DNA of 64,000 nucleotides, taken from the NCBI GenBank assembly GCA_000165425.1, contig CT868027.1:186001-250000 (forward strand), in the 5' to 3' direction. The position numbers and the translations under genes were made by a program. This document shows, piece by piece, positions 12,939-26,443 of the stretch; position 1 is the stretch's first letter; every line of letters begins with the position of its first letter. The notes beneath the pieces are model-generated. The model searched no databases. It was not told where the DNA came from and saw nothing but the letters and a program-made list of their open reading frames with translations. The stretch is from Paramecium tetraurelia (taxonomy: Eukaryota).

Positions 12939-12957
12939 TTTAATATTTTTAATATTA

Positions 12958-14470
12958 TCATTTTTATAATTAATTGGTAAGAATAGCATGCGAGGGATAA
13001 GGGGACAAAACAATCGAATAAGGAAGGCTATTGACACTGCAGCAATTTCCCGCATGACTCTGATAGACAAAAGATCTTTGATTGAAGACTCCATGTTGAC
13101 CCTAATAATATTCCCTAGATTGAAGCATTGCATTAGATCGGCAGACTTTCTGATCAAAATAAAAGGACCCTTAACCATTTATGGAAAAATAATTTTCTGA
13201 CGCCATTCCTAACTGATTAGTTTCACTACTTTGGTTCAAATAGGCTGAAAATTATTCTGGTGTAGCAAAGTAAATTTGATTGCCTTCTTAATGAATTAAA
13301 CATGGCATGAGGGTTGTAAGTTCGTCATCCTTTAATTCGGAATCCTTTACATTAATTTAGAGACTCTTCATATTTTGTAATTGTTAAATCTTTTCCTTAA
13401 ATTCTTTATAGAATTCCCTTGGTTATTCCTTTTACACTTTCTTTAATGAATTTGTCTGTTCCTCCACTATTTAATCTAGTGGCTCTTTTTTTTATCTTAA
13501 GTTCTCTGTTTAATTAATACGATATTCAATCTTTTTAATGATAATATTAATTAATTTAATTTCTTCAAGACTAAGTTCTTCAGATGATAATAAATTGGAG
13601 ATGGATGATTTTTCAGAATGAATTTCATCCTTATCTTTTTTCTTTCTAATCATTATGAAATTCTACCCAGACTTATTATTTCTCTCTTTTCTGATTAGAC
13701 AATTAAATCGATTTTTGACATTGTTTTCACTTCTTGCAACTTTTAGCTTCTTAGATATCAAAGCCCATTTCTTACCCAACTTTTTAGCCTAACTCATCAA
13801 ATCCAAGTCCTCGCTTAATTACCACGGGTTTCTATTAAAATAAATTTCATAACTGTACCTATTGATATTTGGGTTTAGATGGTTATTCCAGCGCTCTCTG
13901 CATTATTTACCATTTCTATGGACTTACTAATTATTTACTTTGTTGAGAATCGCAGCCATTTGACTCCATTAGTTGCCCTTATTTTGACTTTCAAAATCTT
14001 ATATAATAGTTTGCAGTATATTGTCCTCAGTAGTGGTCCAAGGGGCCTGTTATAAGGGAAGTTTGAAGATTTGTAACCATTTTTGCTTACAACTGAATGT
14101 ATCTCTGCGAGGCATCATGCTTGCAATGGTATTCCAATCAGAATCACTCTAACATATACAATTATCTTTTTACCAACAACTCTACGTCTTTTTTGTTTTA
14201 GGTGACCCATTTGCCCACTAACCATATTAAAACCTTTTTATCTTCATCAGTCCAATTTTTCTTAGGTTTATTCGGTGAAGATTGGATATTCATTTTGTTA
14301 GCTTGTTGGATTTTTAATACTTCTTGGTCATCGGGAAAAGTATCATTATTAAGGGTGAACTCCTCTCTAAGGCAATTGAATCTAACGTTTTTCACTCCTT
14401 TGACTTCAGAGAAGAAATTTAAGAAATTCTAATAAAAATCGTCCATTAAATGTGAATCTATAATTTGCAT
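12958..14470 (-). CDS. Three-repeat Myb DNA-binding protein
   Basis: KKNWTDEDKK...CKQKW; APWTTTEDNIL...RNGKQCRERWNNHLNP; NPWQLSEDLDL...WALISKKL...RSENNVKNRF. Confidence 0.92.
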
Positions 14471-14568
14471 ATATTTTAATTATTTTGTTATTATTATAAG
14501 TGTTTTATGTAAATCCAGAAAATGCGTATCAAAAAATTAATAATTTTAACAGTAATTTTTTAATTAAT

Positions 14569-15189
14569 TCATTTTATATATTCCTATAATAGTTTTAAAA
14601 CACTGTCCTTAATTTCCTGTGTTATTAGCACTCTAGGCTATCTGATCACCTGATCATTTTGCATCACGTAATCGAATCTGCACTTCCTTTTGAAGATACA
14701 CTCATACAATATTAGACCAATCTGCTATGTGTTATTTACTTTCTTGCTTTTGTGTTCTATCTCCTCAAGATTTGATATTTTAATCCTGTTGTTCTCATCA
14801 AAAAAGATATTCTCAATTAACAAATCTAAATACAATTGATTTTCATTTAAATATTATTGCACACTAAATAATTAGTTAGCAATTGAGTTCAAAAGTTCTT
14901 CATCAATATCCCCATATTTAATCCAATTCAGCAAAGAACCCTTAGGCATATATTCTCGTACAACATATACATGATCTGAATCATGACAATAGAAGTACAA
15001 CTTCTACACATTAGGATGATTGATATGATATTGAATTTCTATCCATTTTCTCAGTTGTAAATAGGATTTGTTGGCCAGAACCATTCTCTTCGAAATCACA
15101 TCCAATTAAGCTTATTGATTTTGGATCAATATTCTGTAACAATTATTTCCCAATTATTCTAATACCTTCATGTTTTTAATCTATTCCAT
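14569..15189 (-). CDS. Short Aurora-like pseudokinase (kinase fold lacking catalytic motifs); 3' end depends on acceptor choice
   Basis: QLRKWIEIQYHINHPNVQKLYFYCHDSDHVYVVREYMPKGSL; HRD region reads YLDLLIENI; DFG region reads ISNLE. Confidence 0.65.
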
Positions 15190-15214
15190 TATTTAAATTA
15201 ATACACATCCTTTA

Positions 15215-16772
15215 ATGTAAAACATCATACAACATGGTTCAGATGAAGAAACCGAATTTATATTCGATTCCAATACCATGCAACTTAATGACAGCAAGAG
15301 CAAAATTTCCAAAGCCAATGTAATTGTTTTAATTGCAATATGATTTTAGGATGAGATCAAACAATTGAATGATTAGAATAAGGAATTGGCCACTTAACTC
15401 AACAAGTAGAATGAGTTACTCGATTTAAAACATAAATAGAATTAATAGTTGCAAGTCGATGGTATGCTTGATGTTTAAAACTTCTTAGTGATAAAATTAA
15501 AATCGCAGCTTGATGAAAGAGAACTTAAACTATTATAATCTATGAAAGAAAAACAATCATTGTAGAATGAACTAATTTGTTTCCATGATATAATGGATCA
15601 AACTACCTAAAGAAATGACCAATTGAATTCTGAAGTGTTTGCTCTTAGATTAACAATGGAACAATTATAATGTAAGTATTTAGTGATTACTCATTTAGAA
15701 ACAACTACAATGTGCAAGGAGGACTCTAATTAAATATTACAAAGAGAGTTGAAATTGAAGGAGAACATTGAAGCATAAACTAAAACCATCAAATAATACG
15801 AAGAGACAGTTAGAAAAATCACCAATGAACTCAATCAGAAACAGGCTTAATTTAAAATTGATAACTAAAACAAGGACAACATTATATCAGACTTAAAGAG
15901 AAAACACGATTTATAATTGTAATAGAATACTGAAATAATCTCTGAGTTAATATAGTTTAAGAATTAAAACTTATAAAACAACTTCATGAACAAAGACTAT
16001 AAACCAGAACTTACAAAAATGACAAAGGAGATTGAAGAATATAAAATTCAAATCAAAGGATAGAACCATTAGATAAAACTATCAAATGATTAGATTTTGG
16101 CTCTCTAAAATTAGATCCAAAAACTTGAATAATCTATTGGCACTCTCTTGACTGATATTCAATAGACAAAATAAAAATTAAAGGAAAAGGAATCAGAATT
16201 ATAAAATAAACTAGGGGAAAATATGTAGACTATTGAAAAATTAAATATTCAAATTTCATAATTGAATAATCAATTGTAATTGTTTAAAAATTAGGATTAA
16301 AAGATCAATCTTGTCAGAAGTATTTCCTAACCTTCTGACGAAAGATATCTTAAAGAATTGCAATAAAAGAACGATTATATTGCCATGTTACAAAACGAAA
16401 ATAACTAATTAGTTAAATTAATTGAAACTCTGCAGAGTTAAAAATGTATTCATTATAAATAAATAATTTGTAGCTGACAATCAAGGTAGTGAAGTTCTTA
16501 AAGTTAGACAGTTGGAATCAGAATTGAAAAATCTCCAATCTTTCATTTATGACAGTCCATTAGTGGTGCTATTTAATCTCCTTGAAGACAGATTGTCCAA
16601 ATAATAATAAAAGAGTTTTGAGAATAAGAAAAAGATTTAGGAGTTTTGGAGCAATCAATTAAAACAATGGGCAGAAGGTTTTGAGGAATTGAAGAAAGCA
16701 TTTAATGGTCTTAAGATTTAATTCAAGTATGATCTCAAGTATCCAATCCAAGGTTAATAGCAAAATGAATGA
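15215..16772 (+). CDS. Long coiled-coil protein
   Basis: ATG 15215; E/K/Q/L-rich heptad composition; tiny introns (15320-15349 and others); TGA 16770-16772. Confidence 0.75.
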
Positions 16773-16863
16773 TATAATTCATATGATATTATATAAAATT
16801 GTAACTAAAATTCAGTTTAAAAAACACATTATGAAAATACAATTATTATTAATATAAATTTAA

Positions 16864-18163
16864 TCAATCATCATCATCGGAACTGGAACTACTAGACGAG
16901 CTACTTGAACTACTAGATGATGAACTACCAGATGAATCATCGGAACTCAATGGATTGGCATCCTTTAGCACTCCGAATTCGTTCTTGTCAATATCATCTA
17001 ATTTAAGTGCTCTTTCATACAAATCGGACCTCTTCTCCTTAAATGCATCCAACAACCTTTGACTAAACTTTGGCCTTTCGTCTCTTACAGATCTAAAATG
17101 TGATACATTTAATATTACCTCCAGATCTTATCAAAGTTATTGATTGACATGAAATTCTGAGTGAGAGCCACTGAATTGTCTAAATTTAAGACTGCATGCC
17201 ACCAACCGCCAGGGACAAATATAGTATCTCCAGGACCTTATACACACATTACAATCTTTAGATTATCGGCTCCTTCTTTTTCAATTAGTTTTGGCAAAGC
17301 ATAAAGGAAGTAATCAATGGATTCATCCAACACTTCAGGATCGATTTCCTTCTTGGCAGCCAGTCCTTTGGCCTTTACAATTGATTTTGGTATATCGGGA
17401 GGAAAGAGGACCCACAACTTATGTCCCTATAACGATGTATTCCAGGCACTTGTCATTAGTGGATCTATGTGTACAGTAGTACCTGATCGTTTTGGTCTAA
17501 TATATTAAATGATAAGTTACCCAACCAAAAACCATCTATAGGGAGGACGATGTTTCTCTCCTACCACTGAAAAGAAATCTTCTTGGAAGTATTTATGGTA
17601 TTTGTATCTTCCCACCATATCTGCTCCTCCGTCTTTCATATCCTCGACTGAACTACGAAATTATAATGGATTAGAGTACCTTTCGAATAAGTAAAGGGGG
17701 GAATCATCTTTGTTGTACACCAAGTATTCAAGAAAATATTTGAATGGCAATCTCAATTTCCTCCCTTTATCATCCTCTCCAATTTTGAAGGAGGTCTCCT
17801 TGTAGAGTTGATATAGTTTCTCAAAAGTCCAATACTTTTCAACATTCCAATCATCTGTTGTATTGGTTATTATACAAGGAATGTCTGGAATTTCGAATTG
17901 GTTCACAAATTGTTCAGAGGTGAATGTGCGACCATCCACTTTAGCTATTGTGAAATATCTAAATCAAATAGTTATTACTTTTCATATTATTTTCTCAATT
18001 CTTTAAGACTCTTTTCATAATGATTTCTTTTATACCATTCCCTCAATCTCAAGTGACTTCTGTCCTTCAATTTTATTTCTTCTATCAACTCCTAAGCCTT
18101 AGAGCTCATTTCTTTTTCGAAGAATCTCGATGATTTCAACTTAAGCTTTTTAGCTGTTTCCAT
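16864..18163 (-). CDS. JMJD6: JmjC protein JMJD6 (lysyl hydroxylase/arginine demethylase)
   Basis: [70 protein letters not shown]-terminal poly-Ser. Confidence 0.93.
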
Positions 18164-18869
18164 AATTTAATTATATTTATATCATAATTTTGTCATTTTA
18201 TCATTTCTTTAATTTGGCTAATTAAGTTTAACTCAATTCAATTTTGTATTAACTTGAATTATTTTACGATCTATAAGAATGCAAAAGCCTAAAGATTCGT
18301 CTTCCCATTTAAGAATGATTAAAATACTATCTGGTGAATCTATTTCTTATAGATAAGAACACTTGATTTAAATTAAATAGATTTTTTAAATCCTCACCCC
18401 GCAACTTTTGAATCAGCAATAGATTTTATGAGCATGCTTATTTATCGTAATTTAATACTATAAATAAAGGAGAATATGATTATTAGAATCAATTATAGAC
18501 TATAAATCTGGAGAATAAAATTGCATTATGGATACGGTATCATATAAATCATTTCCATCAACAAAAAATCCTAATTATCTAACAATCAAAAATATATTAA
18601 TTTGTATATTTTAACATGAATCTATTATTATATAAATAATCAGATTGCAGCTCAAGTGACTTGTTAAAAATATTAGATAAAATTGAAAATGGCAATTGAA
18701 TTGTTAGAACTAATTAAGAAAAAGAAAAGTGAGATGAATACGAGGGGGAGTTAGTATTATACTTGTATTAGTATTAATGATAATTAATTATTATTGTTTT
18801 GGCTGGTTTTAATTTAAATTAATGAAGTGAAGAATAGGGGGAATTATTTATTTATTAATTAAATTAATT

Positions 18870-21800
18870 ATGAGACAATCAGGCGCTGATTTCACTTACT
18901 CCACTGCTCCAATCGCCAAGGTCAGGCGTGTGGAATTTGGGTTGATGAGTCATGAGCTCATTAAGGAATGGACAGGAGACATAGAAATAAAGGAGCTACA
19001 GACGAACGAGCTTGATGGAACGCCAAAATAAAATGGTTTAAACGACCTTCGAATGGGTGTGAATACGAATGCTTAGAAATGCAAGACATGTGGAGAGACG
19101 AAGTATTGCCAGGGCCATTTTGGAAGAATTGAACTGAATAAGCCAGTATACCATGTGGGGTTCTTGCAGATAGTGAAGAAGGTATTGAAGTGCATATGCC
19201 ACAGTTGTGGTAAATTGAGACAGCCACAATCAGAAGATGCTTGGGTATGTATAAATTTTATGAAAAAAAGTAATCCTTTTAGAAGGCCAAGGAACATAGA
19301 TTGAATCGCAAGAGATTGAACGAAATAGTGAAATTGTTGGGTAGGATAGAGAAATGCGAGACTAGCAAGCACAAGTAGGAGGAGAATCAGGGGAATGACG
19401 ACTTTTGTGGAGAGAAAATTCCTACTAGAATTTAAGCCATAAATGGATAAATAAAAATTTAATATAACACCAAAGAGGCTGCAAAGGAATTGACAGCGGA
19501 GAGATGTTTGGAGATATTCAAGAAGATCAGAGACGAGGATGCAATCATATTGGGATTCACAAAAGATTCACGACCTCGAGACTTGATAATAAAATTCTTA
19601 TTAGTGATGCCACCCTAGGTGAGACCAGCTATCGAGATGAATCCAGCGAGAATAGCCCAAGATCAATATACCCAAATTTACAAATCCATATTACAGAAGA
19701 ACAACGAAATCGCCAATTGCAGTAGTGATGCTGAGAGAGTAAGATTGGCTCCAGAGTTGATGAGAGAAGTGGCCAAGATCATAGATTCGGAGAAGGCTGG
19801 GAAGATAAAGATGAAATCCACTTAGCCATTGAAGAGTATCAGAGCAAGATTGAAGGGTAAGGAAGGTAGATTTAGACAGAACTTGATGGGTAAGAGAGTA
19901 GATTTCTGTGCTCGTTCAGTCATATCTCCGGATGCAAATTTGGGGATGGATGAGTTGGGAGTGCCTCAGATAGTGGCAGATCAATTGACAATTCCTGAGG
20001 AGGTGACAGAGTACAATTTGGAGAGAGTAATTTAATTGGCCAAGACGAACAAGATCAAATATGTGATAGTGCCCATAACAGACCCAAGGAGCAAATAGAG
20101 GAAGTTTTAGGCTTTGTATTTTGATTTCACAGACACTGAGGATTAGATTAGATAGAAGATCAATCAGGGAGTCATAGTGGAGAGATGTTTGTAGGATGGT
20201 GATTTCGTGTTATTCAACAGACAACCCACTCTACATAGAATGAGTATGATGGGACATAGAGTCAGGATCCTCCCTTATTCTACATTTAGATTGAATTTGT
20301 CTGTGTGTACTCCATACAATGCAGATTTCGATGGAGATGAAATGAATATGCATGTTCCTCAATCATATGAAACAATAGCAGAATTGAAATACTTGGCCCA
20401 CGTTCCAAGATAGATTGTAACACCGAAGAGTAATCAACCAGTCATGGGTATTGTGCAGGATTCTTTGCTTGGATGTTGTTTGTTCACTTAGAGAGATACA
20501 TTCTTGACTAGAGATTAAGTTATGCATTTGATGATGTGGAATGAGTAATTCACTGGAGAATTGCCTATGCCTGCTATATTGAAACCTTAGGAATTGTGGA
20601 CAGGGAAGTAGATCATGTCTATGATTATTCCGCAGTCGATCAACACTGAAAGAGGTATCAGAGAAGATGATCTCAGGAAACCCAATTGGAATGCGGATGA
20701 CAAGAGTTTGTGTATTCAGAGAGGTAGTTTGGTGAGTGGAATTTTCAATAAGGAATTGGTGGGATAGGGTGCAGGTTCAGTGGTGCATCTTTGTTGGCTT
20801 GATTTGGGAGCTGAGAAGACATTGGAGTTTATGACTTCGTGTCAGAGAATCGTGAATAATTGGTTGATCATGCATTCATTTACAGTGGGATGTCAAGACA
20901 TAGCTCCACACATCAATTTGGTAGCTGAAACTGAAAAGAGAAGTAAGGAGCAGGATGAGGAATATATTAAATTGTTGCAAATCTTTTTAGATGCCAAGAA
21001 GATTCAAGATAATCGTTATCATCAGAAGGGTAAGAGAATTATGGATTCATTCGAATACTCTTTCAATATGAAATTGAATAAGGTGAGAGATGACATCAAT
21101 TCCAAAGTCACAGAAACCATTGATCAAATTCGTAATTGCATGTACAAGATGATTTGGGCCAAGAGTAAAGGAGAAGCATCCAATTTGGCTCAAATTACAT
21201 CTCTAGTCGGACAACAGAACTTGGAATCTAAGAGAATCTAATTTGGTTTTGCCTACAGGACCTTGCCTCATTTCTCTAAATTCGATTATGGTCCTGAAGC
21301 CAGAGGATTTGTGGCTAGCAACTTCTTCAAAGGACTCAAACCTACTGAATTCTTTTTCCATACTATGGGTGGTAGAGATGGTCTGATTGATACTGCTGTC
21401 AAAACAAGTAGAACTGGGTATATTCAGAGGAAGTTGATCAAAGCTGTTGAGGATGTCTTTGTCAGATATGATTCATCTTGCAGAGATTCAGTGGGAGCTG
21501 TCTATCAATTCCATTACGGAGAAGACAAAATGGCTGCTGAATTTATTGAGCATTAGGAAATCAAGTGTGTTAATTTAAGCAATGCTCAATTGGAAGAGAA
21601 GTATGAATTAATCAAGGAACAATGGTTTGGAAGTGAAATCAGACAGAAATATCAAAACATACTAACAGAGGATGTCATTAAGGATATTGAGGAAGATTTT
21701 GAAGGTCAAGCCTTGTTGAAGGGAGAGTTCGATGAAATCAAAAAGATCAGAAATGAATTGCGTAGATTATTCTTGATTGATTCTGCTCCAAAAGAGGAGT

Positions 21801-24176
21801 TGTTCACTCATTATTATTTGGTGGTAAACATAGAGAGAATCATTTCAACAATCAAAATCAATAAGAAAATTAGTGACAGAGAGAAATGTAGATTGAATCC
21901 TATCTATGTTACATAATAAGTTGATGAACTCATCTAGAAAGTTGACAAGTTGTTGAGTTACGATTTGGAAGAAAGAAAGGATTGCATTAATTTATTTAGA
22001 ACTCACTTAAAAGTGTCCTTGGCTAGCAAAGACTTATGTTGCAGACATAGATTAACACCAGAGGCATTCCAAGAATTGATCTCTGAAATTATTTATAAAC
22101 TCAAAAAGAGTATGGCTCATCCAGGTGAAGCTGTAGGTGCCATTGCTGCTTAATCTCTAGGAGAACCTACCACACAAATGACTTTGAACACCTTCCACAA
22201 ATCTGGTGTCACTGGTGATAAGAATGTGACCTTGGGTGTCCCAAGATTATAAGAATTGCTGGATGCCAGTAAGAAAACCAAGACTCCCAGTTTAACCATC
22301 TATTTTGATCCTCCTCTGGAATATGCTGAGTTGGAATTGAAAGATGACAAAGACAAGAAGAGCTATTTAAAGACTGAGCAACTCGTTCATCCTCATAAAC
22401 AAGATGACTTTACTTAGAGTATGTTAGTGTAAATGCAAGGCAGAATTCTTGGTTAGACCTTTGGACAATACATTATCAAGAGTGAAATCTATTACTAGAG
22501 TGATCCCAACAATCCATTACACATCACCGAAGATCAGGAAGATAATTTCACTGATGGCATTTTTGATTAAGATGAAGCCAAATATAAGTGGATTCTCTTT
22601 TTACATATGGATCATCAAAAGATTCTGTCCAATTTAGAAACTTGGGATAAAATTAGAGATAGCATTCCAAAGATCCTAGATGAAACCTAAGTTAAATTTG
22701 GAATCTCCTCTCAAAATACAATTGTAGATCCAGATTCCATGAATCACAAGTACATTCAAATCAAATACTTTCATGATTATGCTGACTAGAAGAAATTTAA
22801 GCCAGAAAGAGGAAAGGGCAATTTCGATGATGAAATTGCTTTCGATGAAGAAAACAAAACTAAAACCTATGTCGATACTCCTTACACAATTCTGAAGAGA
22901 TTGGAAGAAACCATCAGAGGCTATTCCTTGGGAGGTATCAGCAAAATTACAAGAATTCTTCACTCCCAAATTGAGAAACAATTCTACATCAACAACAAAA
23001 CTGGAGGATTCTTGAAACAAGCAAATGTGGATGGCAAAGGTAAATGGAAAATCATTGAAAAATACTTAGAAACAGAAGGAACCAATCTCAAAGAAATTCT
23101 TAGATTGGAACACGTTGATCAAAGAAGAACCACAACCGATGATGTCTATGAAATATCCTAAGTGTTGGGAATAGAAGCTGCCAGAGCTGCTCTTGTTGGT
23201 GAAACCAGAAAGATCTTCAATCACTATGGTATCTACATCAATTATAGACATCTCTATCTATTATATGACTGGATGACTCACAGAGGCAGACTTACAGCTG
23301 TCAACAGAAATGGTATTAACAGAATCCCTGAGGTGAGTGTTCTCCGTAAAAGTTCTTTCGAAGAAACAGTAGAAATCCTCTATGATGCTGCTGTCTTCTC
23401 AGAAATCGATCACATGAGAGGATTGAGTGAAAACATCATATTTGGATAATTGTGTCCCCATGGAACTGGTTGCTTTGAACTTATGGTCAATGCCAAGAAT
23501 GTCAAAGAATTCAAATTGAAATCCAGTCATGCTGACAAATTCACCCAAGGAGGTGAGTATCTTGCTGAACAATCTCCCTATGATTAAAATCAACAAACTC
23601 CTCTCATGCTTAACACTCCAGGACCTGGTGTTTCCCAAGGCTTCATCGAGAACTCACCCTACACTCCATATCACAAATCTCCTGCCAATTTTGCCACTCC
23701 TTTCGGCAGAGAATATACTCCAAATTCGAGTCATTGTTCCCCATTTTATCCAAACACTCCTCTTATGCCAAATGACCCATATCAACTAAGTCCTGTTGGC
23801 TCAGATTCAGGAATACAACAATCAGTTTAAAAATAAGCCAATGTCAGTGACAGTCACAGTCCTGGATCCCCTCATTACACCAGTCATACTAACTCCCCAA
23901 GTCCCAGTTACAGAAGCAGCGAAAGAGCCACCTCTGGCCAAAGATCTTCGAGTCCTATTCTAAATTCCTCCAGAAGGTATTTCTATCTCTCTATCTCCCC
24001 CTAGTCCCAATTATACTAGTAGCGTATACAATTCGCCTCTTTCACCAACCAACACTGGAAGTCCTCGTGTTCCAACTGGATCTCCTCATTCACCCCAAGG
24101 TTCTATCTTTACAACTTACAGTCCAGTCTATCAACCAGGAGGAGGCACAGGCAATCAATACGAATAAGAATAATGA
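18870..24176 (+). CDS. RPB1: DNA-directed RNA polymerase II largest subunit
   Basis: CQGHFG zinc site, [55 protein letters not shown], Ser/Pro/Tyr-rich CTD; TGA 24174-24176. Confidence 0.98.
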
Positions 24177-24446
24177 TAAATCATAATATAAAATAAAATA
24201 CCATTTATTTACATTCTTATCGACTTCTTTAATCATTAAAATTATTACTCACACCAAGTATTCTACTCTATCGTACCAAATTTCAACTCTGATTTAATAT
24301 CAACTTTATGTTCTCATTTAACTTAGACATTAAACTAATTTCATCAAAGTGTTTGTATTAATTATATCAAATTTTAGAAGATAATTATGCCACTAAAAGA
24401 TTATGATATCTGATCGTAAATAGTTTAAATTAATTAATAAAGTCTA

Positions 24447-26443
24447 ATGGGAAATAAATAACATTAAGCAAAATTGAGAAATAGCAATATAAGTATGAAC
24501 AGCCTGGGAAGGTCCGTTTCAACAGCCCCCACGAATGAGTCAGGTTTAATTAGATTCACAACTGATGGCAGCTTGAGTTCTTCCATGTTTGGAGGAGTTG
24601 AGTTTTATTTTAATCGCATGCCCAATACTGTTATAGACGGAATCTGTTAATTCCTAACTATCAACGATCTTACAAATTTGTATTGCACTAGTCGGTTTGT
24701 ATATGAGAGATTTTACACGTCACTTCCATACTCAATTGCGTGTGGAAATCTATTGTACAAGTAGTATGAAGACAGAAGACACATTGCCTAGTAGGCAGTT
24801 CAAACTAAACATGCATCTTGGCCATAAGTATTATAGGTTTTTATGGAAAACAAGTAATATTTTTAACTTTATCGAATGCTAGAAAATAAATGCAAATTCT
24901 ACACATCAATCTCAGATAATCGTTGTAGGGTGCCTATCAATTGCATATCATCTATCCCCCGTTGCTAATGGATGAGATTACTAAGGAAGGATTGAACTCA
25001 GATTTTTAAAGATAAATTATGCAAAAATTATAAGATTGTTAAGAATGCCACACAATTACTGAAATACAAATCATGAATTAAACAAGAGCATATTTCAAAA
25101 AGTCATCACTCTAAAAATAATAATTGCTCAATACAATGTTAGAGATAAGAACAATCAGAAAATTCCAAGTAGATTAAAAGTAAAATTTATAATAATTATT
25201 TTTAGATTGCCTTAATTATTTAATATTTTAATAATATTATGTTCATCTATTAAATCTCTATTACAAATAATAGCATTGACTCTTGAATGTGCATTCAATG
25301 CAAACGATACTGTTGGTCTACTAGACTTTTACCTTTATAATTATTAAATGTATCTTATATGGATGCAGCAAGTTGATGAGTTTGCCACACCATACCTAAA
25401 AATGTTTGATATCATTTTAAACGAATAGATCAAATCATATTAATCTCCTCCCTTTACCCTGCAATGGATTATGATGAAAATGTGGAATTAATGCATTTAT
25501 CAAAAAAGCAAACATTTCTTAAGATCTATTTTCCTTCAATTGCTCTAATAAGTACGACTTAATCCATCTCTAAAATACGAATTATTTTTGTTAAAAGATT
25601 ACATCTCCTAATTAATTGATCTTTCAACCGATCAATCAAATATTAGAATGGCTGGACATTCTAAATTTACCTATATAAAAGATTTAGAGACTTTATTTTA
25701 AGTTGTGATAAGTCAGTCTGTTGATCTTTGGAATTCAAGAGATTTTGATTTTAAAACTGATATTAACGTGCTTGGATATGTCTTTCAAAAGTATATTTTA
25801 GAAAATAATCTGTTGTATAGTCTTTTGGAATAAAAATACGAAATTATTAAAGCATCAATTGAAACAATTAAATAAAGTTAAGAATACTAGAAAAGAACAA
25901 TGAAATATGATAATGATAATTAGATTCTATAAGAATAAGCAGATTACTCATTTCAATTATTGAATATTAATAAAGTATATTCGAAGATCAAATAAATAAT
26001 TAATGGAGATTTTGCAATGGAATAAAATGTAAGGTTAACTATAAACTATTAAAAAAACACACTTGATAGAGTGCAAATGTATCTTAGAGAATATCACCCT
26101 GATTTATATGATTCAGATTTCCTAATTAGCAAATATTGATGTAACTTCTAGGGAAAGTGTTTAAATTCGTGATGCAGTAATAATACATAGATCAAAATCA
26201 GAAAAGTATGATATTCAATTGGTATCCTATGATTCCTTAATTGATGCTGAGATCTTAAAATAATTGATCAACTAGCATTAAACCAACTAATAAAAAACTT
26301 GTAAGGCTTCAAAATAGAAGAACGAATTGCCAAAATTGTAATTGAAATAATAAGAGTAAAGTGAAACATTTTTTTCGATCAATATTGTAAATGGATTAAA
26401 TCTTGCTTAGAGTTTAACAGAGTAATTTATAAGCCAACAATGA
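24447..26443 (+). CDS. F-box-like protein with putative N-myristoylation start (3' end unresolved: 26139 or 26443)
   Basis: MGNKQH N-terminus; FNRMPNTVIDGICQFLTINDLTNLYCTSRFVY is F-box-like; long table-6 ORF with tiny introns. Confidence 0.6.

Noticed and set aside
12988..13200. 70-aa plus-strand ORF and 96-aa minus-strand ORF in the supplied track
   Set aside because: Shadow or alternate frames of the Myb gene C-terminus, which is open in table 6 to the TGA at 12960-12958.
18870..24176. RPB1 apparently fragmented into many ORFs (pseudogene or split gene)
   Set aside because: The breaks are TAA/TAG Gln codons plus tiny introns, an artefact of the standard-code ORF track.
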